This document shows, piece after piece, positions 49,839 through 62,269 of a stretch of 64,000 nt of DNA. How positions within the stretch are numbered: position 1 is the stretch's first letter; each line of letters opens with the position of its first letter. The notes below the pieces were generated by a model. That model was not told the origin of the DNA and did not search any database. It was given only the letters and a program-made list of their open reading frames with translations. Location: contig MCFE01000164.1 of the NCBI GenBank assembly GCA_002104905.1, forward strand, positions 62,001 to 126,000, read 5' to 3'. Origin of the DNA: Basidiobolus meristosporus CBS 931.73 (Eukaryota > Fungi > Basidiobolomycota). Position numbers and translations under genes: made by a program.

Positions 49839-52800
49839 AGCTGTAAGAGTCTTGGAGATATTGGGAGTTACTGGGAGAGCAAGTGGATTATATGGTTTCT
49901 AATTAAAAACTTTAGAATGTAAAAGTAGTAATTATTCTTTACACAGTTTTTGCATAAAAAGCACATCAAATAGGCCAAGACAGGTCCCAAGAACTTGTGT
50001 GAAAAGTCTGGGTCTGTTTTGACAACTTATAAAATTTTCATGTTCTGGGTACCTGATACTTAGGTGAAAATATTTTAAGTAAATCCCAACAAGGATTTTG
50101 GTCAGTATTCTCTAATATTTGAAGGTAATGATCCAAGTGACTAAGCTTGGTGAGTACTTAGTTGAAGTTATAAACTTATCATAACACTCCCACTTAACTA
50201 AATGTTCATACTGACTAGTCCTAATTTTGACCTAAGATATTCAAACTTGTCTCCAGCCAGTGGTTTTGTAAATATGTCTACAATCAACTTGTCTCTAGCT
50301 AATGGATTAGTAAATATGTCTACAATCATTTCATCTGTAGGACAGTAAACTTAGCTAACTATATTACTCTCTACAGCTTCATGTATGAAATGATGTCTAA
50401 TATTTATGTGCTTGGTACTAGCCTGAAAAGTTGGATTTCCACCTAATAGTATACTCCTTTGATTATCTTGTAATAATGTGACAGGGGTTTTTGACATAAG
50501 CCTAAATTTTTAAAAAGCTTTCTTGAGCACGTTGCTTTTTTTGTAGCTTCACATGCTGCCATATACTCTGCCTCTGCGGTAGAAAGTGCTATGGTTGGTT
50601 GCTTTCTTGAATTCCATGAAATTGCTCCTTGACAGCAAAGCAAGGTGTAGCCTGTGGTGGATCTTCTGTCTTCTAAATTTTGTCCCCAATCAGCATCAGA
50701 GTATCCCACAAGAACTTGTTCCAAGTCCTTATAGGTGTATCTTAAGCAGATATCAGCAGTTCCTTTTAGGTATTTAAGAATTAGCTTAACTGCCCCACTT
50801 TTTGGCTAAAATTTTGACTGATATCCAGGCAGTTTCTTGGCATATGCTGTACACCCAAATATGCTTAGATGTTCTGCACTTGGTCTGTATTCATACCATG
50901 CTGCAAATGGAGTAGAATCACAAAGTAATCTTTTATAACTCCTATATTTAAGGTATGCAGCAGCAGCAACTGATTCCACCCAAAAATCAGTGGATGATTT
51001 TTTATCAGGATCATAGATCTTGCCATATCAATTATTGATCTATTTGCACATTCAGCTACTCCATCTTGCTGCGGGGAGTATGGTACAGTAGTATCTTGCT
51101 TTATCCCATGAATTTTGCAGAAGTGGATGAAGTGTGTTGAGGCATATTCTCCACCATTGTCAGAGTGTATTTTCTTGATTTTTTCACCTGTTTCTCCCTC
51201 AAAAATGGCATTAAACTCCCAGAACTTAGACAGAGCTTCTTCTTTTCTCTCCATGAAGTAAACCCATGTGTATCTTGCATAATCATCAATAAAGGTGATT
51301 AAAAACTTCATCCTGCCTAAGAATAAATTTTGCATGGGTTCACACAGATCTGAGTGAATTTGATCTAATTTTTTCTTGCTTTTGACTAACCCAGAGCTCT
51401 TGAACAGTTGTCTGGCTTGTTTCCCATATATGCAGGCTTCACAGTGCTCCAAACTAGCTGGGGGATTAATTTTTACTCCAGAAATTAGCTAATCTTTGAT
51501 CATTTTGCACAAATAATCAAAATTGATGTGCCCAAATCTCCTGTGCCAAAGCATTGGTGTTTCTTCATTTAAGTAGCCTATACTGGCTTCCAAATATGAT
51601 GGAATATAAGTCAACTTGTATAGATTCTGATCTCTGATGCCCAAAGCAATATGTGCATCATTTTGATCAGTGTTCTTGCATCCAGAATTGTCAAAGCTGA
51701 AACTGAGTCCTTCTGCTGTGGCCTTGCTTACAGATAGTAGGTTCTTAACTATTTCTGGCACATAGAGTACTTCTTTAAAGGTCAGTTTATGGCTTCCTTC
51801 ACTGCTTCTAAGGTTTACTTGGATAGTTCCTTCTCCCATTACATCAGGTGTTTTATTGTCACGCATAAAAAACTTCTTGATTGGATTTTCTTGATATTAG
51901 GTAAAAAGTTCTTTTTGGAGTGTAAAGTGTTCTGATGCTCCAGAGTTAATATACCATATCTGAGAACCCTTGTTTGTGGTCATATTTAGAGCAGATATGA
52001 ATAGTCCATCTTCAGCTGTTGCAGCATTTCCATATTCAGGCTTCTTTTGAGGATTATCTCTCTTTTTGAATCACCGGTCTGATGTGTGTCCTGTCCCTTT
52101 GCAGTAGTTGCAACACAGGTTGCTATTGCCTTTGTAAGGCCTTGGGTACCTCCTTTGTTGGTTATCATTGCTTATTAAAGCATTTTCTTATTCCTTCTTA
52201 TTGGTGCTTCATTTGCTGAATTCTCATCCAGGAGCCTTCCATATATGCAATTTAATGTCAAATCTTCAGTTCTGAGCTCTAGGGCTGATACTAGGCCCTA
52301 AAACTAGTCTGTCAGGCTATTCAGGATGGTTACTATCACATCCACATCAGTAGTTGGTACACCCACAGATTCCATCTCAGCTACCAGCAGGGTAATTCTG
52401 TTAATTAGATTTTTCATTTGTTCTCCTGGCTGCATCTTTGTAGTAAAGATTTTTTGTCTCAGATACATTTTCTTAGCAGCTGAACATGACTGGTAGGTGT
52501 CTTCTAATGCCTTCTAGGCATTCTTTGCTGTTTTTGCTCTAGAGCATTGAATTAGTAATTTGTCTTTAACATTAAGGCAATACAGTTAAAGACCCTTTGT
52601 TCTTTCTACTGGTACTTTGAGGCTTCCTGTCCCATGTTGTCAGGAGGGCATTCTTCTCCCATGACAATATCCCAAAGGCCTCTTTCTTGTAGCAGCATCT
52701 TCATCCTCACCCTCCACACTTGGTGGTTAAATTCATGCAACTTTTCAGCAGAGGGAAAAATTCCAGTAAGAGCAGTAGTAGATATTACAGAGAGTGCCAG

Positions 52801-53132
52801 CTTGGGGCTCATAGCCTGTTGTAAGAGTCCTGGATATATTGGAAGTGATTGGGAGGACAAGTAGATGATGTTGTCTTAACTGAATGATTTATTGAATGAA
52901 AAAGTAGTATTTTTACTTTTACCTGGTCTTGGCATTACAATCACATAGAATAGGTTAAGAAAGATCCCAAGAGCATGTGTGCAAAGTTTGGGGCTGTTTG
53001 GAAAACTTCGAGAATTTGCATGCACTGGATATCTGATATATTAGTGAAGATATTCTAAGTAAATCCAAACAACAAATTTGGTCAGTATTCTCTAGGATTT
53101 GAAGGTAATGATATAAGCAACCAAGTTAGGTG
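49839..53132 (-). mobile_element. Copia element E (RT deleted); 3' LTR 49839-50186, 5' LTR 52817-53132 interrupted by element F
   Basis: RNase H (50443-50724) joins integrase at ~50795 with no RT. PBS at 52805-52816. 42-bp tandem duplication at ~50247-50330. Confidence 0.88.
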
Positions 53133-56100
53133 TGTTGTAAGAGTCTTGGAGATATTGGAAGTGATTTGGAGAACAAGTAGACTATGTGGTTTTCACTTAA
53201 TGATTGATTGAATGTAAAAGTAGTATTTATACTTTTACCTGGTCTTTGCATTACAAACACGTAGAATAGGGTAAGGAAGGTCCCAAGAACATGTGTGCAA
53301 AGCTTGGGGCTGTTTGGACAACTTTGAGAATTTTCATGTTCTGGGTACCTGGTATTTTGGTGAAAATATTCTCAGTAAATCCCAACAAGGAATTTGGTCA
53401 GTATTCTCTAGGATTTGAAGGTAATGATCTAAGTGACTAAGTTAGGTGAATATTTAGGTGGAAATACAAACTTTTACAACACTCCCACTCAGCTAAATGT
53501 TCATACTGACTGGTCCTAAATTTGACCTAAGATATTCAAGCTTGTCTCTAGCTAATGGTTTGGTAAATATGTCTGCAATCATTTCATCTGTAGGACAGTA
53601 AACTAAGCCAACTAAGTTATTCTCTATAGCTTCACATATGAAATGATATCTAATATCTATGTGCTTAGTTCTAGCATGAAAAGTTGGATTTCTACCCAAT
53701 TGTATACATCCTTGATTATCTTGAAATAAAGTAATAGGCGTTTTTTGACATTGGCCTGAGTCTGTAAGAAGTTTTCTTGAGCACATTGCTTCTTTTGTAG
53801 CTTCACAGGCTGCTATATACTCTGCCTCTGTGGTGGAAAGTGCTACAGTTGGTTGCTTTCTTGAATTCCATGAAATAGCTCCTTGACAGTAAAGAAAGGT
53901 GTATCTAAGTTCTCCTAGATTGGACATCTTGAATTCCTTAGATAGGCGGGATTTAGTCTCTTCCAATGTTTCTAGGTTATTGGTAGCTATAATAAGATCA
54001 TCCACATATAGAGCTAATAGAACTGGATTTGCTCTATCTGGCTTCTAATATATGCTACAGTCAGCATTACTCCTTTTGAAACTCAAAGATTCCAAAAAAG
54101 AAGCTATCTTGCAATTCCAGAGTCTTGGTGATTGTTTGAGACCATATAGTGACTTTTAAAGCTTGCAGACCAAATGGGGTTTATCTTGGTCAACAAACCC
54201 ATCAGGCTGGTCCATATACACGTCCTCATCAAGTTCTCCATTCAAAAATGCAGTTTTTACATCCATTTGATGAATAAAAAACTTAGCTTGCTGCAATAGC
54301 CAATATTAATCTGATGGAATTAAACTTGGCTACCGGTGCAAAGGTCTCAGTATAGTCAAGTCCTTTTGTTTGAGAGTATCCTTTGGCTACAAGTCTTGCT
54401 TTGTATCTTTCAATTGTACCATCAGCCTTGTATTTTGTCTTGAAGACCCATCTGCATCCAATTGATTTTCGGTTGATTGGTAATTTGACTAAGTCCCAAG
54501 TTTGATTTTCCATCAGTGCCTGATATTCCTCAGTCATTGCAGATCTCCAAAACTTTGCCTGAGGGCTATTTAGGGCCTCTTTTACAGTCAGGGGCTCATC
54601 AATATGGACTGAATAGGCATAGGCTAAGTTTGTACCCTCATTGATATAGTAATTAGGGCTATTTCTTGTCCAATTGGATCTCCAGGCATTTGATAATGGA
54701 ATGATCACTTCTGGGATATTCCTGGGCACTGATTCTGGCTGAACCATGGTGGTAGAGTCCTCTGGAGTGACAAAATTTTCATTGTTTTGCTCTGATTCAA
54801 TCCTGACAATTGGTGGACTTGAGATCAAATTTTGTCATCATCTGATGTCATTTTTTGTGAAAATTTTGAATTTTCATCAAACAGCACAACCCTGGACTTT
54901 ATTAGCTTCTTTGCTTTGGCATTGTAGAGTCCGTATGCCTTACTCTCATTGCAGTAGCCCAAACATATGCATTTTACTCTTTTTGGCTAAAATTTTGACT
55001 GATTTCCGGCCAGTTTTTTGGCATATGCTGTACACCCAAATATTCTTAGATGTTCTGCACTTGGTTGTACCCATACCATGCTCCAAATGGAGTAGAATCA
55101 CAAAGTATTCTGTTATAACTCCTATTTCTAAGGTATACAGCAGTGGCAACTGATTCTGCCCAAAATTTAGTGGATGATTTTTGATCATGGATCATAGATC
55201 TTGCCATATCAATTATTGATCTGTTACCATGTTCTGCTACTCAATTTTGCTGTGGGGAGTATGGTACAGTAGTCTCTTGCTTTATCCCATGAATTTTGCA
55301 GAAGTGGATGAAGAGTTTTGAGGTATATTCTCCAACATTGATAGAGCGTATTTTCTTGACTTTTTCACCAGTTTCTCTCTCCACCATGGCTTTAAACTCC
55401 CTGAACTTAGACAGAGCTTCTTCCTTTCTCTGCATGCAGTAGACCCATGTGTATCTTGTATAATCATCAATAAAAGTGATTAAATACTTCATCCTGGCTA
55501 AGGATAAATTTTGCATAGGTCCACACAGATTTGAGTGAATTAGATCTAATTTTTGCTTAGTTTTGATTTACCCAAAGCTCTTGAACAGTTGTCTGGCTTG
55601 TTTCCCATATATGCAGGCTTCTCAGTGCTCCAAATTAGCTGGGGGATCAATTTTCACTCCAGAAATTAGCTGATTTTGATCATTTTACGCAAATGATCAA
55701 AATTGATGTGTCCAAATCTCCTGTACCAAAGCATTGGTGTTGCTTCATTTAAGTTACTTATATTGGATTCCAGATATGATGGAATATAAGTCAACTTGTA
55801 TAGATTCTGATCTCTGATGCCCAAAGCAATATGGGCACCATTTTGATCAGTGATCCTGCATCCAGAATTGTCAAAACTGAAACTGAGTCCTTCTGCTGTA
55901 GCCTTACTTACAGAGAGTAGGTTCTTGGCTATTTCTGGTACATAGAGTACTTCTTTAAGGGTCAGTCTATGGCTTCCTTCACTGCTTCTAAGGTTTACAT
56001 GGATAGTTCCTGCTCCTGCTGCATCAAGTGTTCTATTGTCACCCATGAAGACCTTCTTAACTGGAATTTCTTGATATTGGGTAAAAAGTTCTTTTTGGTG

Positions 56101-57346
56101 TGTAAAGTGTGAGATGCTCCAGAGTCAATATAACATGTCTGAGAATCCTTGTTTGTGGTCATATTTAGTGCAGATATGAATAGTCTATCTTCAGTTGTTG
56201 CAGCATATCCACATTCAGGCTTCTTTTGCTCATAATCTCTCTTTTTGCGACACCGGTCTGATGTGCGTCCTTTCCTGTTGCAGTAGTTGCAACACAGGTT
56301 GCTGTTGCCTTTGCAGGGTCTTGGATACCTCCTTTGCTGGTTATCATTGCTTATTGAAGCATTTTCTTTTTCCTTCTTATTGGTGCTTGATTTTCTTAAT
56401 TCTTCATCCAGGAGCCTTCCATATACATAATTTAAGGTCAAATCTTCAGTTCTGGACTCTAGGGCTGATACAAGGCCCTGAAACTTATCTGTCAGGCTAT
56501 TCAGGATGGTAACTATCACATCCTCATCAGTAGTTGGTACACCTGCAGATTCCATCTCATCTACCAGCAGGGTAATTCTGTTAATTAGATTTTTCATTTC
56601 TTCTCCAGGCAGCATCTTTGTAGTAAAGAATTTTTGTCTTAGATACATTTTCTTAGCAGCTGAACATGACTGGTAGGTGTCTTCTAATGCCTTCCAGGCA
56701 TTCTTTGCTGTTTTTGCTCTTGAGCATTGAATTAGCAATTTGTCTTCAACATTAAGGCAAATGCAGTTAAAGGCACTTTGTTCTTTCTTCAGGTACTTTA
56801 AGGCTTCCTCTCCCACGTTTTTAGGAGGGCATTCTTCTCCCATGACAATATCCCAAAGGCCTCTTTCTTGTAGCAGCATCTTCATCTTCACCTTCCACAC
56901 TTGGTAGTTATATCCATCCAACTTTTCAGCAGAGGGAAAAATTCTAGTAATAGCAGTAGTAGACATTGCAGAGAGTGGCAGCTTAGGGCTCATAACCTGC
57001 TGTAAGAGTCTTGGAGATATTGGAAGTGATTGGCAGGACAAGTAGGTTATGTGATTTTCACTTAATGATTTGTTGAATGTAAAAGTAGTATTTATACTAT
57101 TACCTGGTCTTGGCATTACAGACACGTAGAATAGGTTAAGGGAGGTCCCAAGAACATGTGTGCAAAGTTTGGGGCTGTTTGGACAACTTTGAGAATTTTG
57201 ATGTTCTGGGTACCTGGTATTTTGGTGAAAATATTCTAAGTAAATCCCAACAAAGAATTTGGTCAGTATTCTCTAGGATTTGAGGGTAATGATCTAAATG
57301 ACTAAGTTAGGTGAGTATTTAGGTGGAATTACAAACTTTTACAACA
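53133..57346 (-). mobile_element. Copia element F (youngest-looking); LTRs 53133-53481 and 56998-57346
   Basis: Both LTRs are 349 bp with ~22 differences counted by eye. Long gag ORF at 55995-57125; internal deletion at ~53905; retains several CpGs. Confidence 0.93.
56986..56997 (-). promoter_or_regulatory. Primer-binding site complementary to the tRNAiMet anticodon arm (GGTTATGAGCCC)
   Basis: Immediately follows the LTR. The same motif occurs at 24446, 30320, 34075, 52805 (one variant) and 58299. Confidence 0.85.
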
Positions 57347-58659
57347 TTATTGTCACCCATAAAAAACTTCTTGATTGGATTTTCTTAATATTGGGTAAAA
57401 AGTTCTTTTTGGTGTGTAAAGTGTGAGATGCTCCAGAGTCAATATAACATGTCTGAGAATCCTTGTTTGTGGTCATATTTAGTGCAGATATGAGTAGTCT
57501 ATCTTCAGTTATTGCAGCATTTCCATATTCAGGCTTCTTTTGCTGATTATCTCTCTTTTTGAGACACCGGTCTGATGTGTGTCCTGTCCTTTTGCAATTG
57601 TTGCAAAACAGGTTGCTGTTGCCTTTTTATGGTCTTGGGTACTTCCTTTGCTGGTTATCATTACTTATTAAAGCATTTTCTTTTTCCTTCTTATTGGCAC
57701 TTAATTTTCTTAATCCTTCATCCAGGAGCTTTTCATATATGTAATTTAAGGTCAAATCTTCAGTTCTGGACTCCAGGGCTGATACAAGGCCCTAGACCTT
57801 ATCTGTCAGGCTATTCAGAACTGTTACTGTCACATCCTCATCAGTAGTTGGTACACCCACAGATTCCATCTTATCTACTAGCAGGGTAATTCTATTAATT
57901 ATATTTTTCATTTGTTCTGCTGGCTGCATCTTTGTAGTAAAGAATTTTTGTCTCAGATACTTTTTTTTGTGGCTGAAAATGGCTGGTTGGTGTCTTCTAA
58001 TGCCTTCCAGGCATCCTTTGCCATTTTTGCTCTTGAGCATTGGATTAGCAGTTTGTCTTTAACATTAAGGCAAATGCAGTTAAAGGCACTTTATTCTTTC
58101 TTCTGGTACTTCAAGGCTTCCTCTCCCTCATTTTTAGGAAGGCATTCTTCTCCCACAACAGTATCCCAAAGGCCTCTTTCTTGTAGCAACATCTTCATCT
58201 TCACCTTCCACACTTGGTAGTTAGATCCATCTAACTTCTCAGTAGAGGGAAAAGTTCCAGTTAGAGCAGTAGTATACATTGTAGAGAGCAGCAGCTTGGG
58301 GCTCATAACCTGCTGTAAGAGTCTTGGAGATATTGGAAGTGATTGGGAGGACAAGTATATTATGTGGTTTTCACTTCATTATTTATTGAATGTAAAAGTA
58401 GTAATTGTACTTTTACAGGGTCTTAGCATTACAAACATGTAGAATAGGTTAAGGAAAGTCCCAAGAACATGTGTGCAAAGTTTGTGGCTGTTTGGATAAT
58501 TTTGACAATTTTCATGCTCTGGGTTTCAGATATATTGATGAAAATATTCTAAGTAAATCCCAACAAGGAATTTGGTCAGTGTTTTCTAGGATTTGAAGGT
58601 AACAATCCAAGTGACCAATTTATGTGAGTATTTAGGTGGAATCACAAGTTTTTACAATA
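57347..58659 (-). mobile_element. Copia fragment G (5' LTR 58311-58659, PBS, gag)
   Basis: MSPKLLLSTMYTTALTGTFPSTEKLDGSNY; truncated at the end of F's LTR. Confidence 0.87.
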
Positions 58660-59928
58660 ATTATTATAGCCATCAATAACCTAGAAACATTGGAAGAGAC
58701 TAATTCCAGCCTATCCAAAGAGTTCAAGATGTTGAATCTAGGAGCACTCAGTAACTACCTGGGGATAAAGTCCTCCATAGACAGAAGTACCCAGACTAAC
58801 ACCCTAAGCCAATTCAAGATATACTAAAGCAGTACTAAATGGAACACTGTAAACTAGCAGCTACACCAATGGAGACAAACCTTGACTTAGTCAAAACTCA
58901 ACAAAGTCAAGAGAGCTTAGGGCCATCTGAGAGCCCTGAGCTTCCTTATCAATCTATGATCAGTAGTGTTACAAGAAGATCAAAGTTGTATACAACTAGG
59001 TAGTAATCCAACTTTTCATGCTAGAACTAAACACACATATATTATAAACCATTTCATATGTAAAGCTATAGAGAATAACTTGGTTAACTTAGCTTACTGT
59101 TCTACAGATGAAATGATTGCAGTTATATTCACCAAACCATTAACTAGAGACAAGTCTGAATATCTTAGGTTGAAATTAGGACTAGTCAGTATGAGCATTT
59201 AGTTGAGTGAGAGAGTTGTAAAAATTTGTAATTCTACCAAAATCCTCCCCTGACTTAGTCACTTAGATCATTGCCTTCAAATCCTAGAGAATACCTACCA
59301 AATTCCTTGTTGGGATTTACTTAGAATATTTTCACCAAAATACCAGGTACCCAGAACATGAGAATTCTCAAAGTTGTCCAAACAGCCCCAAACTTTGCAC
59401 ACATGTTCTTGGGACCTTCCTTAACCTATTCTACGTGTCTGTAATGCCAACCACACAATCTACTTGTTCTCTCAGTCACTTCCAATATTTTCAAGACTCT
59501 TACAACAATATTCACCTAACTTGGTTGCTTATATTACTACCTTCAAATCCTAGAGAATACCTACCAAATTCCTTGTTGGGATTTACTTAGAATATTTTCA
59601 CCAAAATACCAGGTACCCAGAGCATGAAAATTCTCAAAGTTGTCCAAACAGCTCCAAGCCTTGCACACATTTTCTTGGGACCTTCCAAAACCTATTCTAT
59701 GCATTTGTTATGCCAAAACCATGTAAAAGTATAGATACTACCTTTACATTCAATAAATCATCAGGTGAAAACCACATAACCTACTTGTCCTCCCAATCAC
59801 TTCCAATATCTCCAAGACTCTTACAACAATATTGATACAACTTTTACATTCAGTGAGTCATTAATTGAAAGCCATATAATCTATTTGCTTTCCCGGTCAC
59901 TTCCAATACCTTCAAGACTCTTACAACA
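58660..59928 (+). mobile_element. Copia fragment H (RT/RNase H remnant, 3' LTR 59214-59507) followed by two stacked partial LTRs (59508-59828, 59829-59928)
   Basis: NNLETLEET…, HARTKH…, PPT-like ttgagtgagag. Three successive gactcttacaaca ends at 59507, 59828 and 59928. Confidence 0.85.
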
Positions 59929-61544
59929 CCAGGTGCACAATAGGTATCCATAGCTTTGGGGACCTCAGTGATTGGGAGAACTAGTCAATATGGTATTAAT
60001 CAATCAAGTCAAGTGTGGATCCATTGAAATAGGATAGACTTTATTGGGAACTTCCAGAACTCCAAACTATTGAATTACATTTAACAAATGTAGGCCCAAG
60101 CATGAATTGCTATGCAAGAACCATGGCTCTAAATAGGGCAGTGGCTGGTTGGAGTCTGTAGGGTGGAAAGCAATCCTCAGCACTATTCGAAAAGTTGTAT
60201 CTTAAATCAAGCCACAGGTGTTAACATCCAAAAAAACCATGATCAAGCGTGACATCCGTATATCTGAGAGAATTGGTACAAAATCAATGACTGTCAACAG
60301 AGAGCTGATACCTTTGGTAGCCTCTCCATCAATGATCTGGACATTGGTGGTACTAGATTTTCTAGACTTCCCAGTGGCCGGATTGGTTACTTGTATACAT
60401 CCATTTGACGTCTGTGTGCAGGCTGGGCAATGGAGGAAATCCACACTACCCTGGCAGTGGACTTCTCAGCTTCCCCAATGGATCTTGGGGAGCTCTGGTT
60501 GAGTGTTGACAACACCGACTGTTTGAAACCGTGATTTGTTGGGCAAGGTGAAAGGAGCGATTTCCAGGAAGGACTGCTTGGTTGAGTTGAATGAGTAGTG
60601 TGTCGTAAGCCAACAGGATTATGCCAACAACCGCTTTACTGACCAGCATGAACAGACGATGGTAATACACGACTTCAGGCCGATTTCCATCCCAATCCAT
60701 TGCTGCTCCAGTACCCAGCTCGGCCGATGAACACGGGCCTTAATTTAGATATTCATACACCCCATCACCCATATCACCGGGTCAACAAGCCATGATTGTT
60801 GTCAAGTTACACCTTCCTCCCCCCGTTCAAAGGGGATGGACGTATGGACGTATGGACGTGATCATACAGTAATGTAAATTCCAATAATATCCATTGTGCA
60901 TGAGATGGTTCTAGACGCTAGGGTCCTCGTTGGATGCACACACTAGCATGCAAGATTACCCGGAGCAGCAGCGTGGTGATTTCGATGGATTCGGGGATGT
61001 CACCTGAGCCTCAGTATCACAGCAGCCCCTCAGTTGACAGTGTGCATGCTCGGTCGCGTTTCTGGAATCCAAATTCTGTGGAATTTCCTCCAACCCTACA
61101 GCTAGCGGGCTGCTTAGGTCCCTACCACCAATGGGTTCCTCGCCGTATAACTTGGTGCTAAGCAAAGATTGAAACGTGCTGGATCTCCATCCATCCCAGG
61201 CTAATGATGTCACCTATGAAAAGGCAGCACTAAAATTACTAAGCGGACAGTGCAACATTTAAGTGTAATATCTGATAGCTGCATAAACCTTCCATTTTCA
61301 GAACACTTCGATTATATAGTATTGGCTTATCCATCCACTGAATTATGGAACATTTCAGGATTCCTAGGAAATATTGTAGGATGGCATGGACTTGATGTTG
61401 GTCCAGAATATCTCTGAAAAAAAAGATGCCCTCCCCCCCCCAGCATTAGAGAATCTACTAAGAGAATTGGCGATACTGTTGGGTTGAAAAGATTTCCGCT
61501 GGTTGAACTTCCACCTATTTTTTAGCTCCACTTTGGTATTCAGG

Positions 61545-62269
61545 ATGGCCGATTTAAAGGTAAATTTCGGTTCTCTCCCACTTCTTTCAGATAAAGTGCC
61601 AACCGTGTGCTCAACCAATTGACTCGATTCTGGTTTTCAGGAAGAGAACGACCTCATCGATCACGCCACTTTCGATCAACTGTTGGAGATGGACGATGAT
61701 GACGACCACGAGTTCTCCAAATCTATAGTATACAACTACTTCGAGCAAGCCGAGACCACTTTCAATGATATGGATAACGCCCTGTTAGTTTCTTCCCTTT
61801 GTTTGCTCTAGTCGTGTCCGATGGAGATGTCCCTTGAAACGGGGTCTTCCAATGACCGACTTGTTTGCCCTTGAAGTAGACACATTTGCTAACCTCGAGA
61901 ACGCTTCTTTTTTGCTGTGTTAGGGGCGAGAAAGATCTTCAGGCGCTTTCCCGGTTGGGCCATTTCCTCAAAGGCAGCTCAGCCGCCCTAGGCCTCCAAA
62001 AGGTCAAGGTTTCCTGCGAGAAGATCCAACACTATGGGAATCAAAAGGACGAGACTGGTACGAAGAGTATTCCTGAGGAGGAGGCCCTGGAAAAGATCAC
62101 CTCCTTGCTGACTCAAGTGAAGGAGGAGTATCAAGAGGCCGAGAAATATCTCAAACATTTCTACGAGGAAGTTTCACATGATGAGGACGAAGAGGAGGAG
62201 GAAGAAGAGGAAGAGGAGGAGGAGGAGGAAGAAGAAGAGGAGGAGGAGGACGATCTTGAGGACAATTAA
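61545..62269 (+). CDS. YPD1: Histidine-containing phosphotransfer (HPt) protein, 167 aa; exons 61545-61559, 61641-61783, 61924-62269
   Basis: IDHATFDQLLEMDDDD..EFSKSIV..YFEQA…LSRLGHFLKGSSAALGL. Introns GTAAAT…CAG and GTTAGT…GCTAAC…TAG splice in frame. The choice of exon 1 is less certain. Confidence 0.93.
62189..62248 (+). repeat. (GAR)20 coding trinucleotide repeat, poly-Glu tail of YPD1
   Basis: 20 consecutive GAA/GAG codons before GAC GAT CTT GAG GAC AAT TAA. Confidence 0.95.

Noticed and set aside
49834-58664. ATTAT on both sides of 49839-58659, read as a TSD for one giant element
   Set aside because: The two flanks belong to different host sequences (an LTR fragment vs RT), so this is probably a chance match among AT-rich targets.
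60200-60730. Frame with only TGA/TAG stops (HPYI*ENWYKIND…DYANNRF) suggesting a pseudogene
   Set aside because: The stop density is close to what random sequence would give, and I could not assign it convincingly to any family.
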